A stretch of DNA of 57,715 bases. Source: Candidatus Elulimicrobium sp. (lineage in GTDB: Bacteria; Omnitrophota; Gorgyraeia; Zapsychrales; Fredricksoniimonadaceae). The position numbers and the translations under genes were made by a program. The notes under the pieces were generated by a model, which saw nothing but the letters and a program-made list of their open reading frames with translations, did not search any database and was not told the DNA's origin. Numbering within the stretch: the first letter of the stretch is position 1; each line of letters begins with the position of its first letter. Shown here one piece after another: positions 28,867 through 37,950 of this stretch. The stretch spans positions 1 to 57,715 of the forward strand of contig DYOU01000007.1 in the NCBI GenBank assembly GCA_020720365.1, in the 5' to 3' direction.

Positions 28867-29214
28867 ATGGAAGAAAAACGAAAGAGCACGCGATATAAGA
28901 AGCCTTATATTGTCAAGTTTGGATTAAAGGATAACGTACATAAACCATTTGATGTGTCGCAATTGTATGATATCAGTAAAGGCGGGTTAAAATTTATTTC
29001 GCATCAGAATTATGGTTCAGGAACAAAGATTGTTTTTTATATCAGGTTTCCTTTCTTGTATCCTCATGAAACGATCGTGGAGGGTGAGATCGTCGCGAAT
29101 CAGGAAGCGTTCATGGGCAAGATGTATAAGATAGGAGCCAAGTTTGTGAATATTACAGCAGAGATCGCGGCTGTCCTGGAGCAGATGGATCAGATAAATC
29201 AGAAGAATCCATAA
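28867..29214 (+). CDS. Stand-alone PilZ domain protein
   Basis: RKSTR (RxxxR) and DISKGG (DxSxxG) c-di-GMP motifs. Confidence 0.88.
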   Translation: MEEKRKSTRYKKPYIVKFGLKDNVHKPFDVSQLYDISKGGLKFISHQNYGSGTKIVFYIRFPFLYPHETIVEGEIVANQEAFMGKMYKIGAKFVNITAEIAAVLEQMDQINQKNP

Positions 29215-29227
29215 GGGGTTCCACGTT

Positions 29228-30862
29228 ATGGTTAAAAGAATTTTTAGGTTGGTCCTCAAGATTATTTTGGGGACTTTTCTTTTTTACTTGTTTCTGGGGT
29301 TTATTGTGATCCCGATCGTCCTGAAATGGGGGATAGAGAGCCAGGCGTCCAAGATCCTGAAGGCGGTTGTTCTGGTGCGTTCGGTGAGTGTTAATCCGAT
29401 CATGTTGAGTGCCGGGATGAATGATTTTGAAGTTAAAGATGTAGACAAGCAGGTCCTGGTCGGTTTTGAAAAGTTAACATTTGATATCAGTTTTCTTTCT
29501 CTTTTTAAGAAAAGCTGTCGTATAGAATCTGTGCGGCTGGATGGATTAAGGGTGAATGTACGCTTGTTAGCAGGGAATCGGGTTAATTTAATGGATCTTG
29601 TTCCAGCGCCTTCATCCGCTCCTACGCTGCTTGAGCCGCAAGCAGTACCTTCCGGGGCTCTGGCTGATGCCTCGGAATGGCCGTTGGTTGTTGTGGATAG
29701 CGTATCGGTGAGACGCTCTCAGGTTTATTTTTCAGATGAAACGGTTACCCCTCGGTTTAAAACGACATTGGGAGATATTGATATTCAGTTGACGGGCCTG
29801 TCTACCGATCCTCAGAGCAGCTCAAAGCTTGTTTTTAAGGGAAAGCTGGATGAGAAAGGGTTGATCGCTCTTGAGGCCCAGATGAAGCCGTTCGCTCAGC
29901 CGCTTGATCTGGAGGCGGCGGTATCTTTAAATAATTATGCGTTAACAATATTGTCGCCTTATGTTGAGAAGTATACAGGCCGCAAGCTTGATGATGGCAA
30001 GTTTGATCTGAAGATGGATTATCGGATCGCTGGAAACAAGTTGACCGCTAGCCATAAGATTTTGATTCAGCATTTTACTTTTGGTCAGAAAATAGAAAGT
30101 AAAGATGCTCTTGTTCTGCCTTTCGGGCTTGCTTTGGCTTTACTGGAAGATTCGAATGGACAGATCAAGATTGCTTTGCCGGTGACGGGAGATATGTGTG
30201 ATCCGGAATTCAAATATTGGCCTTTGGTCGGACAAGTTGTAAAGAATTTCTTTTTTAAGGTTGTCACAAAGCCGTTTGCTTTTCTTGGATCGATGATGGG
30301 GAGTGAAAACGGTACGGATGAGCTGGGGTATGTTCGTTTTATTCCTGGCAGGGCAGATATGGCTGATGCGGAGGAAGAAAAATTGGTCACGATCGTGAAA
30401 GGGTTGAAAGAACGCCACAGGCTTCGCCTGCAAGTCCAAGGTAGTTATGATCCGGATACGGATTGGAAGGCGATCAAGGCCGCAACTTTGTTAAAAGATT
30501 ATAATGAGCTTAAACGAGAATCATCTGGTTCTGAAATGAACATCTATGAACAGTTGTATCAGCGGAGTTTTGGTGTCCGGGATCTTTGGGTAGTAACAAA
30601 GAAGTGCAAGCGTCGTGACGGCAGTTACGATGAGGAGAAAGTGGTAGAGGAGCTGAAGCGTCAGTTGATCGAGAATGCGCCTGCGGATCAAGCCGCCATG
30701 GAGGCTTTAGCGGCCGCGCGGGCCAAGCAGGTGTATGAGGCTGTCTTGTCTTTAGGGCTTGATCCTGAAAGGGTGAGTACCGCTCCTGGTCATGCTGTGC
30801 AAGGTAGTATGGGATTCGTGCCTTTGGAGTTCACCTTGACTGTTTTTGACAGTCAATCATGA
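29228..30862 (+). CDS. DUF748 (AsmA-like) protein with C-terminal OmpA-like domain
   Basis: N-terminal TM, LSPYVEKY, LPFGLALALLEDSNG.I...LPVTGD..DPEF, VTKPFAFLG, F.PG and LAAARA. Confidence 0.85.
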   Translation: MVKRIFRLVLKIILGTFLFYLFLGFIVIPIVLKWGIESQASKILKAVVLVRSVSVNPIMLSAGMNDFEVKDVDKQVLVGFEKLTFDISFLSLFKKSCRIESVRLDGLRVNVRLLAGNRVNLMDLVPAPSSAPTLLEPQAVPSGALADASEWPLVVVDSVSVRRSQVYFSDETVTPRFKTTLGDIDIQLTGLSTDPQSSSKLVFKGKLDEKGLIALEAQMKPFAQPLDLEAAVSLNNYALTILSPYVEKYTGRKLDDGKFDLKMDYRIAGNKLTASHKILIQHFTFGQKIESKDALVLPFGLALALLEDSNGQIKIALPVTGDMCDPEFKYWPLVGQVVKNFFFKVVTKPFAFLGSMMGSENGTDELGYVRFIPGRADMADAEEEKLVTIVKGLKERHRLRLQVQGSYDPDTDWKAIKAATLLKDYNELKRESSGSEMNIYEQLYQRSFGVRDLWVVTKKCKRRDGSYDEEKVVEELKRQLIENAPADQAAMEALAAARAKQVYEAVLSLGLDPERVSTAPGHAVQGSMGFVPLEFTLTVFDSQS

Positions 30863-32076
30863 CCCGTCGCTCGCTGGCGGGGATATTCGGCGGAGGGTTG
30901 TTCGCCGTTGTTTTTCTTACAAGTTTTTTTCTGGCAGCCCAAAAGCCATTTTGGCTTGACGAACATTATTCATTGACCAAAGCCATTCTCGGGTATTCCT
31001 ATAGTCAAATTTGGCGGGGTCAATTGACAAAGGAGGGGAATAACTCGCCTTTCTTTTATGTGACTCAAAAATGGTTATGTGACCTTGTTTCGTATAGCCC
31101 TGCCAGCCTTCAGGCGTTAAAGGGCAGAGCCGTCCGGGCGAAAGAGCCAGGGACTTCCAGAGTTGTTAATGCCTGGATCTTTCCAGAAATTATTTTTTAT
31201 TATGATCCCTTCTCAACGTCTTATTTGCGTTTGATCTCTATTTTCTTTATGGCTTTAGCTCCTTCGGTATTGTTTTATTATTTTGCAAGGCGTTATTCTT
31301 TATGGTGGGGGAGTTATGCTTTTCTTCTATGCGTTTCTTCCTGGTTTTTCTGGTGGTATGGCCTTGAGGCAAGGCCGTATATTCATGTATTGGCCTTGAC
31401 TGTGTTGCAAATGATCCTTGCTCTGGAATTGCTGAGAGGTTCGTATCGAACAAAAATTTTATGGGTACTTTTGGGAGGGGTTAACATCCTGTTAGCCTTG
31501 ACAGCATCAACGAGTGCGATTCAGATCCTGGTGATAGCCTGTTTTCTGCTATGGGCCAAGCCTGCGTATTTGAGTTTTAGCAGGATGATAGTTGTGTTTA
31601 TCGTTCCGAGCTTGATCATTGTGTATTACTATTACTGGGTTATAAAGTTGAACTGCGGTTTTCATCAGCCTTTGCATAAATATTTTCTTGCAGTCATGCC
31701 GGTTGAGATACTGGCTATCATGGGGCTGTCAGCGTTGACGTTTCTTTGGGATCAAAAGCCTTTTTCAGAGGAGGATCTGACAGCGGGAGGCTTGTTAATG
31801 GTGACGGCAGGGATAGCGGCGTTGTATATGACTTGCCTGTTGTATTTTTATTTTGTTCAGCCTCCAGAGGGTAAGCGGTGGGCGTATTTTTATGAGCGTT
31901 ATCTTATTGCCCTGGTTCCTGTTGGGGTTATCGCCATGACAGTTTTGAGCCGGCAGTTGCTCCGGGTTGTCCGGTTGGGGTGGGTCCAGACGGGGTTGAT
32001 CGTTCTGTTTGTCTTGATCGTGATCGTGCGTTTATGGATTACGTATCAAAGAGTTCATTATTGGATTGGTTTCTGA
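30859..32076 (+). CDS. Membrane GT-C (GT39-like) glycosyltransferase-like protein
   Basis: FWLDE, N.PFFY, LRLIS, EARPY and ERYLI motifs with many TM helices. Confidence 0.75.
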   Translation: MTRRSLAGIFGGGLFAVVFLTSFFLAAQKPFWLDEHYSLTKAILGYSYSQIWRGQLTKEGNNSPFFYVTQKWLCDLVSYSPASLQALKGRAVRAKEPGTSRVVNAWIFPEIIFYYDPFSTSYLRLISIFFMALAPSVLFYYFARRYSLWWGSYAFLLCVSSWFFWWYGLEARPYIHVLALTVLQMILALELLRGSYRTKILWVLLGGVNILLALTASTSAIQILVIACFLLWAKPAYLSFSRMIVVFIVPSLIIVYYYYWVIKLNCGFHQPLHKYFLAVMPVEILAIMGLSALTFLWDQKPFSEEDLTAGGLLMVTAGIAALYMTCLLYFYFVQPPEGKRWAYFYERYLIALVPVGVIAMTVLSRQLLRVVRLGWVQTGLIVLFVLIVIVRLWITYQRVHYWIGF

Positions 32077-32203
32077 TATAACAGGAAGTGAGCGTGAGTC
32101 TATTGAGCAATTTATTTTAGAAAGATTAATCGTGATATCAACTTGCGATTATGATATATTCTCTCCTGTATTCTTGTTTTGAAAAAATGAAAGGGGAGAG
32201 TTT

Positions 32204-33247
32204 ATGATGGATATGTTGTCAGACTTTTTTAACTTGAGATGGGGGAATTTTAATATGGATAAGCGATCGGTTGTGGCAGTCGGGATGATCGGGGTCATGT
32301 TGGTGGCTTTCTGGATGTTTGTCGGAATTGTGGATATTAAACCAACAGAGGTTGGGGTGGAAGTTGACAAGGTTCAGGGGAGGGTCATTGAAATGCCCCG
32401 GGGTGTCGGGTATCAGATCTTTAACAAGGTATCGACGGATATTATTGTTTATCATGTGGCCGCCCGTTCTTTCCCCGGCGATGTCATGAAGAATGAGAAT
32501 TCGGATACGTATACGCTTGACCTGAAGACCAATGATGGGCAGAAGATCAAGGTTGATCTGACAGTTCTTTACGCGCTGAAAGCGAATGAAGTCCCTGCTT
32601 TGCATCAGTCGATCGGTTTTAATTATGAGGATCAGATCCTGTTGCCGCAGATCCGATCTGAAGCGCGGATCGCGATCGGCAGTTATGCCGCTGAGGAAAT
32701 TTATAGCGGTAAAGTACGTGATGTGATCCAGAAAGAGATCGCAACGCGTTTGCAAAATGCTGTGGCCAAGTTCCCTGCCATTCAAATTCAGGATGCCTTG
32801 ATCCGTGATTTTGCGTTCAGCGCGGAGTTTGAACGGGCGATTGAGCAGAAAAAGCTTGCGGCTCAGCAGGTAGAGATCAACAAGAATCGGGCGTTGGCTC
32901 AAGAGCAGGAAGCTAATCGTCAGGAAGCTGAAGCTCGTGGAGGAAAATTGAAAGCGATCCAGGAAGCCGAAGGCCGCGCGCAGTCGGCGAAGATCGAGGC
33001 GGATGCCGAGCGTTATAAATTGGAACAGGAAGCTACGGGTAAGCTGGCGATCTACAAAGCAGATGCCGAAGGCAAGCGGCTTCAGGCAGAAGCTTTAGGC
33101 GGCGGACAGAATGTAGTGGCGTTAAAGTTCGCAGAGAATATTCCGGATAAATTTCGTGTATTCGCTATTCCCGTTGGACAAAATTCAACCAGCTTAATGG
33201 ACCTGAACGGGATGTTTAAGGGCATGTTCTCAGGGGCGCAGGAATAA
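32204..33247 (+). CDS. SPFH/prohibitin (band 7) family protein
   Basis: N-terminal TM, LKTNDGQKIKVDLTVLY, IRDFAFSAEFERAIEQK and an Ala/Glu coiled coil. Alternative start at 32255. Confidence 0.9.
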   Translation: MMDMLSDFFNLRWGNFNMDKRSVVAVGMIGVMLVAFWMFVGIVDIKPTEVGVEVDKVQGRVIEMPRGVGYQIFNKVSTDIIVYHVAARSFPGDVMKNENSDTYTLDLKTNDGQKIKVDLTVLYALKANEVPALHQSIGFNYEDQILLPQIRSEARIAIGSYAAEEIYSGKVRDVIQKEIATRLQNAVAKFPAIQIQDALIRDFAFSAEFERAIEQKKLAAQQVEINKNRALAQEQEANRQEAEARGGKLKAIQEAEGRAQSAKIEADAERYKLEQEATGKLAIYKADAEGKRLQAEALGGGQNVVALKFAENIPDKFRVFAIPVGQNSTSLMDLNGMFKGMFSGAQE

Positions 33248-33256
33248 GGAGGGGAT

Positions 33257-33358
33257 ATGATAGCATTTTTGGAAACGGCTGTTCTGATCCAGGCGATCAT
33301 TATTGGGTTCTTGTTATTTAAAGTCCTGGATCTGCAGAAGAAGAAAGACGAGCAGTAA
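33257..33358 (+). CDS. 33-aa single-TM small protein (not in ORF track)
   Basis: AAGGAGG RBS before ATG. MIAFLETAVLIQAIIIGFLLFKVLDLQKKKDEQ fills the gap between the SPFH gene and mnmD. Confidence 0.7.
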   Translation: MIAFLETAVLIQAIIIGFLLFKVLDLQKKKDEQ

Positions 33359-33363
33359 TTGTA

Positions 33364-34083
33364 ATGTCAGCACCGATCGTGTGGGATGAGCAGGGCATGC
33401 CTCATTCGGTTGCGTTTGACGACAAATATTTTTGCAAGGATAGTGGTTATGAAGAGGCCATTTATGTGGCCTGTCAGGGGAATCATTTACGTGAGCGTTT
33501 TTCCGGGCTTGATCCGGATGTGCGGGGAATATTTACAATAATCGAGACCGGTTTTGGGACTGGTCTCGATTTTTGTTGTGTATGGCAGTTATGGGATGAA
33601 TGTGCCCCGAAAACATGGGGCCTTCATTTTATATCTGTTGAATTCGCCCCTCTCTCGGCAGAAGATATGGCTCGGGCATTAAGTCTTTGGGCCTGCCTGT
33701 CCCCGTATAAAGAAAAATTGCTTCAGGAGTATAGATCGGCATCAGGAGGGATCGGAGAATTTTCTTTCGAGGCCGGCCGCGTGCGGTTAACGTTGGTTTT
33801 TGAACATGTTATAGATGCGTTGAGAATAATCCGGGATAGAGGTTTCTCGCCCGACGGAGCAGATGCCTTGCTGCTAGATGGCTTTGCTCCCTCCAAGAAT
33901 CCGGAGATGTGGTCGGATGCTGTATTCGCAGGAGTACGGGCATTGAGCCGGCCGGGCACAACATTGTCAACATTTACGGTCGCTGGCTTTGTCCGCCGCG
34001 GCCTTGCGGCTCAGGGCTTTGAAGTGACGAGGATCACGGGCCATGGGGTAAAGAAGAATGTTTTAACAGGGGTTCTGGTATAA
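33364..34083 (+). CDS. mnmD: tRNA mnm5s2U34 methyltransferase domain (MnmC N-terminal half only)
   Basis: P.S..FDD.YF, ETGFGTGL, LHFISVE, LDGFAPSKNPEMWS and TFTVAGFVRRGL. It ends before the FAD-oxidase half. Confidence 0.88.
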   Translation: MSAPIVWDEQGMPHSVAFDDKYFCKDSGYEEAIYVACQGNHLRERFSGLDPDVRGIFTIIETGFGTGLDFCCVWQLWDECAPKTWGLHFISVEFAPLSAEDMARALSLWACLSPYKEKLLQEYRSASGGIGEFSFEAGRVRLTLVFEHVIDALRIIRDRGFSPDGADALLLDGFAPSKNPEMWSDAVFAGVRALSRPGTTLSTFTVAGFVRRGLAAQGFEVTRITGHGVKKNVLTGVLV

Positions 34084-34118
34084 AATTCTTTTATCATGAC
34101 CCAGGGGCATTGTAACGT

Positions 34119-35852
34119 ATGAAACATGTGAAAGAAAATCAACTTGGGAGTTTAATGTTTTTAGCAGGGATCGCCGGTATTGTTTTATTAAGGCTGGTGA
34201 TATGGAAGTTTTTTTCAGGTGCCGAGACAATGGTTAAGGAGGACCTGAGCAATCTGATCGTGGCTTTCTTACAATTTTCGGCGGCGGCAGGTTTTATTGT
34301 TTACGCCTATCGACAACGCAGGGGTGTGTGGACGACCGGATTTGAATGGCCGTTGGGTTTGATGGCGGCGGCTTCTTTAGGGACTTTTTTTTATACATTA
34401 GATTTCTCGATGTCGCTGCGTTGGTGGCTTGCCTTGGCAGGAAGTATGGCGATGTTTTATGTATTGACACATACGTTGCAGGATCTTCAGCGGGTTAAAT
34501 GGTTCTTGTATTTTATTCTGGCCTGTGCCTGTCTGACGGCTTTCTTAGGTATTCAGGAGTTTTTTATGTTGTCTGCCCGCCAGCCTCAGCCTGGAGATGT
34601 GGATATAGCCAAGTACAATACCAGTTTTTATTATATTCTTGTTAATCGTCGGGTAACTTCTTTTCTGGGATGGCCGAACTCATTGGCGGGATATTTGTTG
34701 TTGATCTTTCCTTTTGCGGGCCTTTCTATTTTTATGGTTCGTCAGGTGTGGTTGAAATGTTTGCTGGGGGTGATATTTGCGGTTCTGGCAGGTGGCTTGC
34801 TGGTGACTTTTTCTTTTCTGGGGTGGCTGAGCCTCTTGTGTTCAACAGTGATTATTCTTCCGCTTGTCTTCAAGCGTCTTTTACCTCAAATGAATACGCA
34901 TTTAAAGGCTGTAGCGGTTGTTTTCGTTGGTATTCTGGCGATTTCTTTTCTGCTGGTTATTCTTCGTAAGGATTTCGCGGGGTCAATGCAGCCACGGATA
35001 GAATATTATATTCAGGCATGGGAATTGTTGAAGGCACAGCCTTGGGTTGGGTATGGATATGGGGCTTTTGGTATTGCGGCAAGGCCTATGGTGGAAACAG
35101 TGAATGGTTTTACCAATTATGTTCATAATTCTTTTTTGCAATGGTGGGTTGAGTGCGGGCTCCTTGGTCTGGCAGGTATTCTTTCTTTGATAGGCGTTTA
35201 CATTACCGCGGCACGCAGGATCCTTTTGCATTTTAAAGAAGGGGAAGGTAGTTTTGTTGCGATCGCGGTGGTATGGGGGATGTCGGCATTCCTGGTGGAT
35301 AATTTATTCAGTTTCACATTTATCAAACCTAATATTGCCGTGCATGGCTGGGCCATGATGGCGGTCTTTGCGGCGCTTTACCGGCAAACCTTGAAGCCGT
35401 CAGCGGGAGCTTTAGGGATTATTTCCGCAGGAGTTGGGTTTTCTTTGTGCATTGTTTCATTACTTGTGACCGGGGTTTTGATGGCGGCGCTTTTTTTTCT
35501 GCATTATGGAATGACCTCATTTCGAAACGGAGATATTGATGCGGCAGGCCGTGCCTTTGTGAGTGGTTCGTTGATCGACCGCTGGTCGTCTGCATATCCT
35601 TCAGCCGCGGGAGATGCCGCGATCAGGGTCTATCAGATGAGTGGAAGAGAATCGCATCTTCGTCTGGCAGAAGAGAATTTTCTGGAAGCCGTCCGCCGAG
35701 AGCCTTTGCAGTATGGTCCGCATCTTGTGCTGAGCCGTATTTATACGGCTTTAGGAGAGACAGATAAGGCATTAGCGTATGCGCGTGAATCCAAACGGTT
35801 ATCGCCGTATGAATATAACCGGGATATGTCACTGATCATGCCAAAGCACTGA
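34119..35852 (+). CDS. O-antigen ligase/oligosaccharyltransferase-like membrane protein with C-terminal TPR
   Basis: R..S.LGWPNSLAGYL, LLVTFS, PWVGYGYG.F and HNSFLQWWVECGLLG (Wzy_C pattern), plus a TPR-like tail. Confidence 0.85.
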   Translation: MKHVKENQLGSLMFLAGIAGIVLLRLVIWKFFSGAETMVKEDLSNLIVAFLQFSAAAGFIVYAYRQRRGVWTTGFEWPLGLMAAASLGTFFYTLDFSMSLRWWLALAGSMAMFYVLTHTLQDLQRVKWFLYFILACACLTAFLGIQEFFMLSARQPQPGDVDIAKYNTSFYYILVNRRVTSFLGWPNSLAGYLLLIFPFAGLSIFMVRQVWLKCLLGVIFAVLAGGLLVTFSFLGWLSLLCSTVIILPLVFKRLLPQMNTHLKAVAVVFVGILAISFLLVILRKDFAGSMQPRIEYYIQAWELLKAQPWVGYGYGAFGIAARPMVETVNGFTNYVHNSFLQWWVECGLLGLAGILSLIGVYITAARRILLHFKEGEGSFVAIAVVWGMSAFLVDNLFSFTFIKPNIAVHGWAMMAVFAALYRQTLKPSAGALGIISAGVGFSLCIVSLLVTGVLMAALFFLHYGMTSFRNGDIDAAGRAFVSGSLIDRWSSAYPSAAGDAAIRVYQMSGRESHLRLAEENFLEAVRREPLQYGPHLVLSRIYTALGETDKALAYARESKRLSPYEYNRDMSLIMPKH

Positions 35853-35892
35853 CTCTTGCCTTTTTTCGTTTCATAGTTAATACTTTATTATT

Positions 35893-37905
35893 ATGACGAT
35901 CTATTCAATGATCATTCAGAGTATGCGTTGTATTGTGGCAGGTGTATGTATGATGAGTGCGCTTGTGATGAGTATTCCCGCAAAGGGTTGGGCTGCGTCT
36001 GGGCCTTATGCGGCGATGGAGCTTCCCGTTCCTGGCCAAATGATGTCACTGAGTTCTAGCACCGATCCCGTCAGGCTTGAAGGGGTCAGGGTATACAGCC
36101 AAGAGCCTTTTCGTTTTGACTTTATTGTGAATAGAGGCCAGGCTGGTGAGGATGTTCGTCAGGAGAGCGAGCGCCTGATCCGGTATTTTCTAGCGGCCTT
36201 GACGGTTCCCGAGGAGGATCTTTGGGTCAACTTATCTCCATTTGAAGAAAACCGCATTATTCCGGAAAAGTTTGGGCAGACAGAGCTGGGCCGGGATCTC
36301 TTATCAGAAGACTATGTACTTAAACAGGTGGCTTCTTCGTTAGTCTATCCTGATGGGGCTGTGGGCAGGGTTTTTTGGAAGAAAGTGTATGCGTTAGCTG
36401 CGGAGAAGTTTGGGATTGATCGCACTGATATTCCGCTAGATGCATTAACTAAAGTATGGATCGTGCCTTCTCAAGCACTTATTTATGAAGATCCAGGAAC
36501 GTCTACGGCATATATTCTTGAATCACGTATGAAAGTGATGCTTGAGAGTGATCATCAGGCTCAAAAGGGAGGGACGGAGAATTCTTCATACATGAGTTCA
36601 GTGGAGTTGGCGAACAAAGATCCGTTGCAGGGAATATCAGAGCAGGTGATCCGTTCGGTTATTATTCCTTTGCTTGAACAAGAGGTGAATGAAGGGGCTC
36701 ATTTCAGTCGTTTACGTCAGGCGTATCAATCTTTGATCCTGGCGGCATGGTATAAACGGAAAGTGAAGGCAAGCCTTTTGGCTTCTGTCTATGTGGATCA
36801 GCGAAGGGTGAAGGGAATAGAGACCGGGGAACCTTTGGCATCGGCGAGAATTTATGAACAGTATCGTCAAGCTTTTCGGCAAGGTGTTTTTAATATTATT
36901 CGGGAAGAACGTATCGGAGAAGAGGAAGATTTTATTGCGCGTAAATATTTTTCCGGTGGGCTGGAGATGGGGGTTGATACAGTAATTCAGATTACCGGTT
37001 TTCAGGATCCAGCCATGGCAGCAGTATTTCGGGAAAGATATGCTTTGCCTGGAGGTGATCAGCGGGTGATTGTTTCGGCGGTGCTAGATCCGGAATTTGA
37101 GGGACAGAGAGAATTGATAAATAGTTCACAACCTGTTGCGGCGATTGATAATGCAATGAAGACTGTGCCGGATCTGTTTAACATGCTTTATAAAGAGGTC
37201 AGTTTTCGTCCGTTATCTCTTGCTGATGCGGAAGCATTACCGATTGAAGACAGCCTCAGCTTTGTGGATCATCCGATATTTAACCCATCAGGTGTGAGTG
37301 TGGTTGCTTTGTATGGAAGGAGTGTATTAAGAAAGACAGATGCTATCTTGCAGGGAGTGGCGATCGTCAGGCAGAGTGACTTCAGGTACAGCGTAGGACG
37401 GAATGATGTGCAAGCCTTCTTGCAGGTTTTCCGATTCGAGAAGACAGATATATTTAAAGAGGCTTTATTGGCCAGGGTTTTGAATGAATTGCGGATGGGG
37501 CGATCTAATCTGCAGGCGTGGAAGTATTTATTAGCTGTTGCCCCCGATAACAAGGAGGCTTTGGAGTTCTTTTTTAAGGCAGGGTTTGTGCTTTTGGCAA
37601 AGAAATTTGATAGTGGCTCAGAGGATCCGGACTATTATGTGATCACGGTCCAACGGGCCGAAGTTTTTGTGAAACGGGTGATGAAGAGCCGATGGTATCC
37701 GGATGATGCTCAAACCGCTAATACGGGTGGTATTGATATGCGTGATGAGCAGATGGTACTTCAGGTTCAGGGGGTTCCATCTTCTGCCGAAGTTTCAACA
37801 GCGAAATTTATTGATCCTTCCGCGTATATGAACGTTCCGGGATTCTCTGTGAGGATCATTGATTTAAAGGATTCAAAGTTCTGTCCCTTGACAGGATGTC
37901 ATTAA
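35893..37905 (+). CDS. Secreted modular protein: conserved-looking N-domain, GNAT-like cargo, GGID tail
   Basis: Signal peptide, block PFRFDFIV..LIRYFLAALTVPEEDLWVNLSP..GRDLLSEDYVLKQ..VWIVP..RKYFSGG, D-x-A-M/Q linkers, L.V...N..A..FF.KAGF and TGGIDM. Confidence 0.7.
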   Translation: MTIYSMIIQSMRCIVAGVCMMSALVMSIPAKGWAASGPYAAMELPVPGQMMSLSSSTDPVRLEGVRVYSQEPFRFDFIVNRGQAGEDVRQESERLIRYFLAALTVPEEDLWVNLSPFEENRIIPEKFGQTELGRDLLSEDYVLKQVASSLVYPDGAVGRVFWKKVYALAAEKFGIDRTDIPLDALTKVWIVPSQALIYEDPGTSTAYILESRMKVMLESDHQAQKGGTENSSYMSSVELANKDPLQGISEQVIRSVIIPLLEQEVNEGAHFSRLRQAYQSLILAAWYKRKVKASLLASVYVDQRRVKGIETGEPLASARIYEQYRQAFRQGVFNIIREERIGEEEDFIARKYFSGGLEMGVDTVIQITGFQDPAMAAVFRERYALPGGDQRVIVSAVLDPEFEGQRELINSSQPVAAIDNAMKTVPDLFNMLYKEVSFRPLSLADAEALPIEDSLSFVDHPIFNPSGVSVVALYGRSVLRKTDAILQGVAIVRQSDFRYSVGRNDVQAFLQVFRFEKTDIFKEALLARVLNELRMGRSNLQAWKYLLAVAPDNKEALEFFFKAGFVLLAKKFDSGSEDPDYYVITVQRAEVFVKRVMKSRWYPDDAQTANTGGIDMRDEQMVLQVQGVPSSAEVSTAKFIDPSAYMNVPGFSVRIIDLKDSKFCPLTGCH

Positions 37906-37915
37906 ATGTTATACT
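37888..37915 (+). promoter_or_regulatory. Sigma70 promoter of the fimbrial-like operon
   Basis: TTGACA, 16 nt, TATACT with an extended -10 TG. Confidence 0.7.
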
Positions 37916-37950
37916 TCGCATATCCTCTTTATTAATGTTTTTATAGATAA

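Noticed and set aside
32219-32902. 227-aa minus-strand ORF
   Set aside because: It is an antisense shadow of the SPFH gene.
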